Assembly (NCBI GenBank): GCA_050246895.1
Contig: JBFWVE010000001.1
Location: 724,942-788,941 of the forward strand
Source of the DNA: Vicinamibacteria bacterium
Lineage (GTDB): Bacteria; Acidobacteriota; Vicinamibacteria; Fen-336
Length of the DNA: 64,000 nucleotides
Reading direction: 5' to 3'
In this document: piece after piece, positions 31,360-38,903 of the stretch
How the letters are laid out: the number at the start of each line of letters is the position of its first letter
Numbering within the stretch: the first letter of the stretch is position 1
Made by a program: the position numbers and the translations under genes
The notes under the pieces: model-generated
Told to the model about the DNA's origin: nothing
What the model saw: the letters and a program-made list of their open reading frames with translations, nothing else
Database searches by the model: none

Positions 31360-31945
31360 AGCGATCGTCGCTTTGGCGCTGGCGCTGCTCGTCGCCGGCG
31401 GCGACACGGCATCCGCGCAGATCCTGGTCGAGCACGTCGTCGCGGCGGTCGACGAGCAGCCCCTGCTGCTCTCGGAGGTGCGGGCCTTCGAGCGCCTGCG
31501 CGGCGTGCCGCGCGCCGTGGCGGTGGAGGCGCTGGTCGACGAGCTGCTGATGCTGCGCGAGGCGAGCCGGCTGCCCGAGGCGAACCTCTCGCTGCAGGAG
31601 GAGCAGCAGGCGATCGACAGCCTCGTCGAGCGCTGGCCCGCGGCGCAGGGCGAGCCGCCGCGCGCCGCGCTCGGCTCCATCGCGCTGCGCCAGGCGCTGA
31701 TCCTGAAGTACGTGGGGCTGCGCTTCCGGGCGCAGGTGAGAGTGGACGACGCCCAGCTGCGGGCCGTCTGGCGCGAACGCTCGGGCCAGCCAGCCGAGGG
31801 CGCGGCCTTCGAGGCGGCGCAGGCGGGCCTGCGCGCGGAGCTCGAGGAGCAGGCGCTCTCGCAGCGCATCGAGGCCTGGGTCGGGGACCTGCGCGCGAGC
31901 GCCCGGGTGCGCTACAACCTGGCCGCCGAGGACGCCTCGCGGTAA
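31349..31945 (+). CDS. periplasmic SurA-N-terminal-domain-like chaperone candidate
   Basis: 198 aa with a signal peptide (..LVAGGDTASAQ), then ILVEHVVAAVDEQPLLLSEVRAF.. resembling SurA_N. Helical, with no PPIase domain. It overlaps the bamA end by 11 nt. Confidence 0.45.
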   Translation: MRSRAIVALALALLVAGGDTASAQILVEHVVAAVDEQPLLLSEVRAFERLRGVPRAVAVEALVDELLMLREASRLPEANLSLQEEQQAIDSLVERWPAAQGEPPRAALGSIALRQALILKYVGLRFRAQVRVDDAQLRAVWRERSGQPAEGAAFEAAQAGLRAELEEQALSQRIEAWVGDLRASARVRYNLAAEDASR

Positions 31946-32640
31946 CGGCCGCGCAGGCCGTTCCAGCGGACCGCCAGCAGGTCGGCGAACGCGAGCAGGC
32001 CGCGCCCGAGCGTGACTCGCGACGCGGCGTCGTTGCGCCAGGTGACCGGCACCTCCGCGACGCGCAGGCCCCGCAGCCGCGCCACGTAGAGCGCCTCGAC
32101 GTCGAACGAGAAGCCGTCGAGGCAGCAGCGCGAGAAGATGGCCTGGGCCGCCTCGGCTGAGAACAGCTTGAAGCCGCACTGCGTGTCGCGCAGGTCCGGC
32201 AGCAGCAGCACCCGCACCAGCAGATTGAAGGCGCGGCCCGAGAGCTCGCGGAAGGCTCCTTGATGCACCTCCACGTTCGAGCCTGGCAGGGCGCGCGAGG
32301 CGATCGCCACCTGATGCCCCTCGTCGAGCGCGCGCTCGAGGCGCTCCAGGTCCTCGATCGGCGTCGAGAGGTCGGCGTCGGTCATCAGTCGGCGCGCGCC
32401 GGTGGCGAGCAGCATCCCGCGCCGGACCGAGTAGCCCTTGCCGCGGTTCACCTCGTTGCGCACGACCCGCGCGCCCTCCCGCGCCGCGCGCTCTGCGGTG
32501 GCGTCCGCCGAGCCGTCGTCCACCACCACGATCTCGTAGTCCCCGCCCCGCGCGTCGAGGTGCGTGCGCACGCGCACGAGCGTCCCCGGCAGGCGCTCGG
32601 CCTCGTTGTAGGCGGGAATCACGACCGAGAGCCGCGGCAT
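31912..32640 (-). CDS. GT2 glycosyltransferase, polyprenyl/dolichyl-phosphate hexose synthase-like (GtrB/ALG5/DPM1 type)
   Basis: An internal ATG (32638-32640) of listed ORF 31912..33963 gives 242 aa: MPRLSVVIPAYNEAERL..EIVVVDDGSAD..NRGKGYSVRRG..LMTDADLSTP..DTQCGFKLF. Confidence 0.85.
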   Translation of the reverse strand: MPRLSVVIPAYNEAERLPGTLVRVRTHLDARGGDYEIVVVDDGSADATAERAAREGARVVRNEVNRGKGYSVRRGMLLATGARRLMTDADLSTPIEDLERLERALDEGHQVAIASRALPGSNVEVHQGAFRELSGRAFNLLVRVLLLPDLRDTQCGFKLFSAEAAQAIFSRCCLDGFSFDVEALYVARLRGLRVAEVPVTWRNDAASRVTLGRGLLAFADLLAVRWNGLRGRYREASSAARL

Positions 32641-33977
32641 CAGGCCCGGCCCGCCAGCTCCGCGAGCAGCGCTTCGACGCCTGTCGGAACGCCGGCGACG
32701 CCGAGCTCGCGGGCGCTGCGGCGCAGCTCCTGCGCGTAGTCGTCGAGCAGCGAGCCCTCCGGCGGCCGGGCCGCCTCGATCTGCGCGGTGAGCGCGGGGC
32801 GCGCCGCCGCCACCTGCTTCAGGAAGTCGCCCAGGGTCGCCGCCGTCGCGCGCAGGCCGTGGTGCGTCGCGACGTGGCTCGCGGCGAGCGCGCCGATCCT
32901 CGCGCGCAACGGCTCGTCGTCGAGCAGGCGTCCGAGCAGCGCCTCGAGCTCGGCCTCCTCCGTGAAGCCGGGCGAGACCGGCACCACGACCCCCTCGGGG
33001 AACTCCTCTGCGAGCGGCGTGCCCGCGCTCACCAGCAGCGGGCGTCCGACGCCGAGGGCGCGCAGCGCCGCCCCGGACATCTCGCCGTGGCTGGGGAAAC
33101 GCAGCGCCAGCACGACGTCGGCGGCCGCCAGCTGCCGCACGAAGTCCTCGAGCGAGAGCCGGCCGGTGGCGACGAAGGCCTGTCCGAGGCCCGCTGCGTC
33201 CGCCCAGGCCGCGAGCGGCAGGCCCGGCTCGACGCCTCCGGCAACGACCAGCCGCAGCCGCGGCCGTGACGCACGCAGGCGCGCCGCCACGCGCAGCGCG
33301 ACGTCGAGGCGCTTCGACGCGGTGGCCAGGCCGGGACAGCAGAGCACCAGCGCGTCGTCGGGGACGCCGAGCGCGGAGCGCGCCGCGCGCCGCGTGGGCG
33401 GCTCCGCGAAAGGCAGCGACAGGTGGTGGGCGAGCCGCAGCACCGGCCGGGCGGGCGGCAGGCTCTCGGCGGCGAGCCGCGCCACGCGCGCGCTGAGCGC
33501 CACCACCGCCAGGCTGGCATCGAGCACGCGCTCGTTGAGCGGGAACAGGGAGGGCAGCAGCTCGCCGCCCAGCGCGCGCGCCACCTGGCGGCCGACGAAG
33601 CTGCCCGCCTCGCCGTAGCCGCGGCGCATCTGGCGCAGGTAGCCGAGGCGGTCGCCGCGCTCGACGGTCTCGCGCAGCACCAGGTGGTGCAGCGAGAAGT
33701 CGTGCAGGAAGGCGACCCCCGGGCGCCGCAGCGCCGCCCGGTAGACGAAGCCGTGTGCCGGCGAGTTGCCGAGGTGATAGACGTCGAGGTCGGCCGCGGG
33801 CGCGTCCTGCGGACGCACCACCGCGAAGGCGCGCCGCAGCGCGGGGTCGACGGCGGCGGGATCCTCGACGACCGCGATCGGCTCGTGCGCCTCGGCGAGG
33901 GCGGGAAGCTGCTCGGCGACGTAGTCGCCGATCCCGGAGGGCGAGGGCGGCAGCGGGCTCCACACCGCGAGCTTCAC
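32640..33977 (-). CDS. GT4-family (GT-B) glycosyltransferase
   Basis: GTG 33975-33977 overlaps the upstream stop (GTGA). 445 aa: VKLAVWSPLPPSPSGIGDYV.. with ..FPSHGEMSGAALRALGVGRPLLVS. Confidence 0.75.
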   Translation of the reverse strand: MKLAVWSPLPPSPSGIGDYVAEQLPALAEAHEPIAVVEDPAAVDPALRRAFAVVRPQDAPAADLDVYHLGNSPAHGFVYRAALRRPGVAFLHDFSLHHLVLRETVERGDRLGYLRQMRRGYGEAGSFVGRQVARALGGELLPSLFPLNERVLDASLAVVALSARVARLAAESLPPARPVLRLAHHLSLPFAEPPTRRAARSALGVPDDALVLCCPGLATASKRLDVALRVAARLRASRPRLRLVVAGGVEPGLPLAAWADAAGLGQAFVATGRLSLEDFVRQLAAADVVLALRFPSHGEMSGAALRALGVGRPLLVSAGTPLAEEFPEGVVVPVSPGFTEEAELEALLGRLLDDEPLRARIGALAASHVATHHGLRATAATLGDFLKQVAAARPALTAQIEAARPPEGSLLDDYAQELRRSARELGVAGVPTGVEALLAELAGRA

Positions 33978-35020
33978 CGCAGCGTCTCCGTCAGGCGCTC
34001 GATCACGTGATCCCAGGTGATGTCCACGACGCGCTCGCGCCCGGCGGCTCCCATCTCGCGCAGGCGCGATTCGGGCAGCTGCCACAGGGCGTCGATCGTC
34101 GCGGCGATGGCTCCCGCCTCCGGCTCGCTGACGAGGCCGCCCTCCTGGTCCGTCACGAACTCGAGCGGGCCTCCGGCGTCGGTCGTGGTGATCACCGGCT
34201 TGCCCGACAAGAACGCCTCCACCGTCACGTAGCCGTAGTCCTCGTTGAGCGGGGCGTAATAGGCGGCGCGGCAGCCCGCGTAGAGCGAGAGCAGCTCCTC
34301 CGCCGAGACGAAGCCCACCAGCTCCACGCGGTCCTCGAGCCCGAGCCGCGCGATCTGCTTGCGCAGCTCCCCCTCGAGCGGCCCGCTGCCGGCGATCTTC
34401 AGACGCGCGCCGCAACCGCTGCGCGCGAGCGCGTCGAGCGCGAGGTCGAGCCGCTTCAGGCGGTCGAGCCGGCCCGCGTAGAAGAGGTAGTCCCCGTAGC
34501 CGTCGTGGCGGTAGCGCCCCACGTGCTGCGGCGGCGGATACAGGGCCTCGGCCGGCAGCTGGTTGTAGCGCGCCAGCCGGTTCGCCACGTTCTGCGAGAT
34601 CGTGAAGATCCGGCGGCACTCCCCGAGCCCGCGCGAGTCCATCGCGTGGATGGCCCGGCGCACCTGCTCGTCCTCCGGGGCGTCGCTGAAGGAGCAGAAC
34701 GGCGTGCCGTAGAGGTCGTAGGCCTCGCGGTGCTGGTGGAACAGCCACGGCACCTTGTGCGGGTGGCGCGCCAGGAAGGTCGGGAACTTGGTCGGGATCA
34801 CGAGATCGATCGGCGTGCCGTTGCTCTCGGTCACGTCGAGCAGGCGCCAGGCGAGCGCCTGGCGCACCAGCTCCGACACCGGGTACCACTTGAACGGCAC
34901 CTGCGCGACGTCGACGCGGAAGCCGCGCCGCTCGAGGTTCGCGCGCAGCTCCGACACCAGGATCTCGGCGCCGCCCGTGACGAAGGGCGCCTGGGCGGCG
35001 CAGACGAGGACCGTCTTCAT
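33974..35020 (-). CDS. GT4-family glycosyltransferase
   Basis: 348 aa: MKTVLVCAAQAPFVTGGAEI.. with ..EDYGYVTVEAFLSGKPVITTTDAGGPLEFV (E-x7-E region). Confidence 0.85.
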   Translation of the reverse strand: MKTVLVCAAQAPFVTGGAEILVSELRANLERRGFRVDVAQVPFKWYPVSELVRQALAWRLLDVTESNGTPIDLVIPTKFPTFLARHPHKVPWLFHQHREAYDLYGTPFCSFSDAPEDEQVRRAIHAMDSRGLGECRRIFTISQNVANRLARYNQLPAEALYPPPQHVGRYRHDGYGDYLFYAGRLDRLKRLDLALDALARSGCGARLKIAGSGPLEGELRKQIARLGLEDRVELVGFVSAEELLSLYAGCRAAYYAPLNEDYGYVTVEAFLSGKPVITTTDAGGPLEFVTDQEGGLVSEPEAGAIAATIDALWQLPESRLREMGAAGRERVVDITWDHVIERLTETLR

Positions 35021-35613
35021 CCGCGCGGCAGCCGCGCCTCGAGCGCTCGCAGGCGTTCGCGCAGGTCGCGCAGGGCGAACTCGAGCGACAGCCGCCCCTG
35101 CTCGGACAGGGCGAGCACGAGGTCGATGCGCTTGACGAGGTCGTGGACGTGCGCCACCAGCTCTTCCTGCAGGATCAGGTGCCGCTCGTCGACCTCCTGC
35201 AGGTGCCGGCCGTGGATGCCCAGCACGGCGTCGTAGTGCCGGTGGGTCTCGGCGAGGCGGGCCTCCAGGTAGGCGAGCAGCTGGTTGTCAAGCTGGACCT
35301 GGCGCGAGTTGAAGGCGACCTGCGCCTCCGTCTGCGGCGCCAGCAGCGCCTGCAGCTTGCGCGCGAGCCAGCCCCTGACGCCCGCGAGGCCCCGGGCCGG
35401 CCGCGCCTGCCACAGCGCGTTCACGGCGCTGCCGTCGGGCGCGACGGGCGCTGCCGCGGGCCGCGGCAGCGGCTCGCTCGGCACGGGCTGCGGGGTCCGC
35501 GGCGCGAGCGGCTCGGGCAGGCGGGCCGCCTGCGGATCGAGCAGGGCGCGCTCGCGCACCTCCTCGCGGATGCGGCGGAGTTCCCGCGCGACGCGCGCCT
35601 CGTCTTCGCTCAA
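35017..35613 (-). CDS. hypothetical coiled-coil protein
   Basis: This is the C-terminal part of listed ORF 35017..36339. The candidate TTG start at 35611-35613 is uncertain. About 198 aa, helical/heptad-like (..QLLAYLEARLAETHRHYDAVLGIHGRHLQEVDERHLILQEELVAHVHDLVKRIDL..). Its stop overlaps the next ATG (ATGA). Confidence 0.4.
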   Translation of the reverse strand: MSEDEARVARELRRIREEVRERALLDPQAARLPEPLAPRTPQPVPSEPLPRPAAAPVAPDGSAVNALWQARPARGLAGVRGWLARKLQALLAPQTEAQVAFNSRQVQLDNQLLAYLEARLAETHRHYDAVLGIHGRHLQEVDERHLILQEELVAHVHDLVKRIDLVLALSEQGRLSLEFALRDLRERLRALEARLPRG

Positions 35614-35624
35614 GCGGGACGATT

Positions 35625-36362
35625 CTAACCGGGGCCTTCGCGGCGTCCTGAATCGGGGCCCGGCTTGCGCGCGACCGCCATCACGCTGGCGCCGGCCGGG
35701 AAGCTCAGGAAGCGCAGCAGGAACGCCTCGGTCTCGAGCGCCAGCCGGAAGAGGGTCTCGAGCGGAGCCGGCAGGAACTGGACGTCGGAGCCGTGGCGGT
35801 GAAACAGGCGGTCGAGCGTGCGGCGGGCGAAGAGCAGCGGCAGCAACAGCGAGTTGCAGTAGCTCGCCCGCGCCACCTCCAGCCCAGCGCTCTCGAGCAG
35901 CGTCCGCAACTCCCCGCGCGTGTAGCGGTGGCGCGAGTGGACCGCTTCGTCGTGGGCGCCCCACAGCGCCATCAGCGCGGGCACCCGCACCAGCAGCCAG
36001 CCCCCCGGGCGCAGCACGCGCGCGAGCTCGCGCAGCGCAGCGCGGTCGTCGGTCACCCAGCGGTGATAGAGCACGTCGAAGGACGAGATGCCGTCGAAGC
36101 CGCCGTCCCTGAAGGGCAGCTCCAGCAGCGTTCCGCGCACGGCCACGACACCGCGCGTGCGACAGAAGCGCAGCGCCTCCTCCGAAAGATCGATGCCGAC
36201 GCCGCGCCCGCGCCGTGAGAAGTGCAGCAGGTTGCGGCCGGTGCCGCAGCCGGCGTCGAGGATGCGCTCGCCCGAGCCCGGCCCCAGCGCCGTCTCGAGC
36301 AGCCGGAAGCTGATCGAGCGCATGCCGGCATACCACCACTGCCGCTCCTCGGCGTCGAACAT
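35625..36362 (-). CDS. class I SAM-dependent methyltransferase
   Basis: An internal ATG (36360-36362) gives 245 aa with ..RILDAGCGTGRNLL.. (motif I) and ..LRPGGWLLV.. Confidence 0.85.
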   Translation of the reverse strand: MFDAEERQWWYAGMRSISFRLLETALGPGSGERILDAGCGTGRNLLHFSRRGRGVGIDLSEEALRFCRTRGVVAVRGTLLELPFRDGGFDGISSFDVLYHRWVTDDRAALRELARVLRPGGWLLVRVPALMALWGAHDEAVHSRHRYTRGELRTLLESAGLEVARASYCNSLLLPLLFARRTLDRLFHRHGSDVQFLPAPLETLFRLALETEAFLLRFLSFPAGASVMAVARKPGPDSGRREGPG

Positions 36363-36382
36363 CCGCCCGTACTCCTCGAGGT

Positions 36383-37588
36383 TCAGCGCGCGCCCCCTTT
36401 CCGCACGAGCGTCAGCTTGTCGACGAGCGCCTGGCCGCCGGGCGAGACGCGCAGCGTGATCTCGTTGACACCGGCGTGCAGCTGGCTCGTCGGCGCCGCC
36501 GCGCGCGCCTCCAGGACGGCCTCGGCCAGCGGCCACCCCCCGACGGCGCGGCCGTTGACCGAGAGCTCCAGGCTGCCGCGGCCGGAGGCCGCCACGCGCA
36601 GCTCGAGCGCGCCCGCACGTTCGAGCGGGAGGAAGACCCGCGCGTAGCCCTCGACCCCGCGGCAGATCGCCGTCAAGCAGGGCCGCTGGCGCGCCCAGCC
36701 CTCGCCCAGCAGACCGGGGTCGGTGCGCGGGTCGCCGAGGTCGATCAGGCCCTCCGGGTCCTCTCCACGGAACAGGCGGGTTCCGGCCACGAGATCGTAC
36801 TTCCGCGCCTCGCTCGCGTGCCGGGCCGCGAACAGCCAGTTCGCCGGCCAGGCGAGCGGCGTGCCGACGGCCGCGGAGAGCAGCGCGGCGTTGTGGCCCG
36901 TCACCTCGGCGAAGGACACGGTGTCGTCCCGCGGGATCAGGTAGCGCCGGTACTGCTCGATCAAGAGGCCGTTCCACAGCGTGAGCGCGGCGCCCGCGAC
37001 GCCGAGTGCCAGCCAGGGGCGGCTCACGAGCAGCGTTTCGATCCGCGTGAGCGAGGCGGCAAGACCGATCCCCAGGAGCGGAAGCGCCACCGCGAAGCTC
37101 TCGTTCCGCAAGCCGCCTTCCGGCGCGCACGCCCCGCTGAGCAGCAGGATCGCTGTGGCAGCCGCCAGCGTGCGGCCGAGCGGCGCGCCGCGCCAGGCGA
37201 GCAGGGCGAGCCCCGACACGCCGAGCCAGAGGGCGGGCGCCCGGAACAGCAGCCCGTCCGGCGACGCGAAGAACGCGTCGAGCGCGGGGGCGCCGGGACG
37301 CAGCCACAGCAGCGCGCCGACGCTCGCAAGCGCCGCCAGCGCTCCAAGCCGAGGCGTCGACAAGGCACCGCGGACGACCCAGGCGCCTCGCACGAGCGCG
37401 GCGCCGAGCGCGAAGCCGGCGGCCGCCCCCGGCGCGGGCGCGAGCAGCGCCCACTCGACGAGCGGAGTCGCGCCCGCGAGCAGCACCAGGGCGGCGAGCC
37501 CCCCGCGCGGGCCGGCGTTCGCGCGTGCGGGCGTCGCGAGCAGCCGCAGACCGACGAGGGCGAGGGTCGCGCCGAGCGCCAGGCTCAC
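36383..37588 (-). CDS. membrane protein: truncated paralogue of the GT-C-like protein at 38904..40889 (C-terminal TM block plus soluble domain only)
   Basis: 401 aa; GTG overlaps the upstream stop (GTGA). It aligns by eye to the last ~330 aa of the 661-aa paralogue (DGLLFRAPALWLGVSG / HGLLSWTPVLWLGYLG; GTPLAWPANWLFAARH / GFPTTWPASWVFALRH; LLGEGW..LSVNG / LLAEGW..LLVNG). It lacks the N-terminal loop motif. Confidence 0.6.
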   Translation of the reverse strand: MSLALGATLALVGLRLLATPARANAGPRGGLAALVLLAGATPLVEWALLAPAPGAAAGFALGAALVRGAWVVRGALSTPRLGALAALASVGALLWLRPGAPALDAFFASPDGLLFRAPALWLGVSGLALLAWRGAPLGRTLAAATAILLLSGACAPEGGLRNESFAVALPLLGIGLAASLTRIETLLVSRPWLALGVAGAALTLWNGLLIEQYRRYLIPRDDTVSFAEVTGHNAALLSAAVGTPLAWPANWLFAARHASEARKYDLVAGTRLFRGEDPEGLIDLGDPRTDPGLLGEGWARQRPCLTAICRGVEGYARVFLPLERAGALELRVAASGRGSLELSVNGRAVGGWPLAEAVLEARAAAPTSQLHAGVNEITLRVSPGGQALVDKLTLVRKGGAR

Positions 37589-38895
37589 GGCGTGCGCGGC
37601 TCCGCGAGCGCCATCCGCGCGGCCTGCCGGCCGAGCCCGAAGGAGCCGCTGATGGTGCGATCGTGCGGGTGGAGCTGGCAGGAGTCCGTCAGGAACAGGT
37701 TCGGGACCGGCGTCGCGATCTCCGGCGTCGAGCTGCGGTAGTCCGTCCGGCAGATCGGCTGCGCGAAGCGGTCCCTGAAGACCGCGGAGAAGCGGATCCA
37801 GCTCGGGTCGAAGCCGGGGTTGATCAGCGCGAGCGCGTCGCTGTAGCGCCGCAGCACCTCCTCGTCCGTCTGCGAGTAGCGCGGGTCGTCCGCCGGCAGG
37901 TATTGCGGCACGTAGAGGATGCGGTCGCCGCCCAGCTCGGGCATCGGGTTCAGGTTGGTGTACTCGATCATGCCCGCGAACGGCACGCGCCGGTCGTTGG
38001 TGTTGACCCAGAAGAAGGGCGTCGTCTGCCGCGAAAGCCGCAGGAACAGGCAGAAGATGCCGATCGTCGGGATGCGCCGCACGCGTTCGACGTAGGGGCC
38101 GGAGAGGCCCGCCTCGGTCAGCTTCAGGAAGCGGGACGTGGTGACGGTCGAGATCACGGCGTCCGCCGGCAGCCTCTCACCCCCGACGCGCACACCTGTG
38201 GCACGGCCGTTCTCGAGCGCGATCGCCTCGACCTCGGCGCTCAGCAGCACGCGGCCGCCGCGCTTCTCGAGATCGGCCGCCAGGGCCTCGATCACCGCCT
38301 TGCTGCCGCCCTCGATGTAGCCGAGCTGCTCGCGCCAGGGCGAGCTGCGCGAGCGCGACAGCCGCACCATGCGCGCCCAGATCCAGGCGGCGCTGATCTC
38401 CTCCGCGTGGCGCGCGAACTTGAAGCGCAGCAGCGGCTCCCAGATGACGCTGTAGACCTCGTCGCCGAACAGACGGCGCAGCCAGGGGATCGCCTGCTGC
38501 GCTGCCAGGTCCTCCTCGCGCAGCCGCTGGGCGTACTTCACCGCGAGCCCGGCGCGCAGGCGGTTCAGGAACGAGAGCGGGCGGAAGCGCAGCAGCTCGA
38601 GCGGAGTCAGGAACGGGTAGAGCGTGCCGTCCACGAAGTAGGCCATGCGCGAGTCGCGCCAGCGCAGGCGATCGGACAGGCCCAGCTCGTCGAGCGTCGA
38701 GACGAGCTCGTCGTCGCCCTTGCAGATGAAGTGGTAGTAGCGCTCGATGCGCACGCCCTGCAGGTCGAACACGCTGGCGAGGCCGCCCAGCACCGGCGCG
38801 CTCTCGACGAGCGTCACCCGCGCGCCCGCCTTTGCCGCCTCGTGGGCCGCCTTCACCCCCGCCGGTCCGCCTCCGATCACGACGACGTTCTTCAC
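37585..38895 (-). CDS. FAD/NAD(P)-binding oxidoreductase (amine-oxidase / phytoene-desaturase / UGM-like Rossmann superfamily)
   Basis: GTG 38893-38895 is preceded by GGAGG. 436 aa: VKNVVVIGGGPAGVKAAHEAAKAGARVTLVESAPVLGGLA (GxGxxG...E...GG dinucleotide motif). Confidence 0.8.
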   Translation of the reverse strand: MKNVVVIGGGPAGVKAAHEAAKAGARVTLVESAPVLGGLASVFDLQGVRIERYYHFICKGDDELVSTLDELGLSDRLRWRDSRMAYFVDGTLYPFLTPLELLRFRPLSFLNRLRAGLAVKYAQRLREEDLAAQQAIPWLRRLFGDEVYSVIWEPLLRFKFARHAEEISAAWIWARMVRLSRSRSSPWREQLGYIEGGSKAVIEALAADLEKRGGRVLLSAEVEAIALENGRATGVRVGGERLPADAVISTVTTSRFLKLTEAGLSGPYVERVRRIPTIGIFCLFLRLSRQTTPFFWVNTNDRRVPFAGMIEYTNLNPMPELGGDRILYVPQYLPADDPRYSQTDEEVLRRYSDALALINPGFDPSWIRFSAVFRDRFAQPICRTDYRSSTPEIATPVPNLFLTDSCQLHPHDRTISGSFGLGRQAARMALAEPRTP

Positions 38896-38903
38896 GATCC
38901 TCC

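Noticed and set aside
36383-37588. Truncated GT-C paralogue as a pseudogene.
   Set aside because: The ORF is uninterrupted for 401 codons. It has a start codon coupled to the upstream stop and keeps the conserved segments of the C-terminal module. I kept it as a CDS, and the question is flagged in the findings.
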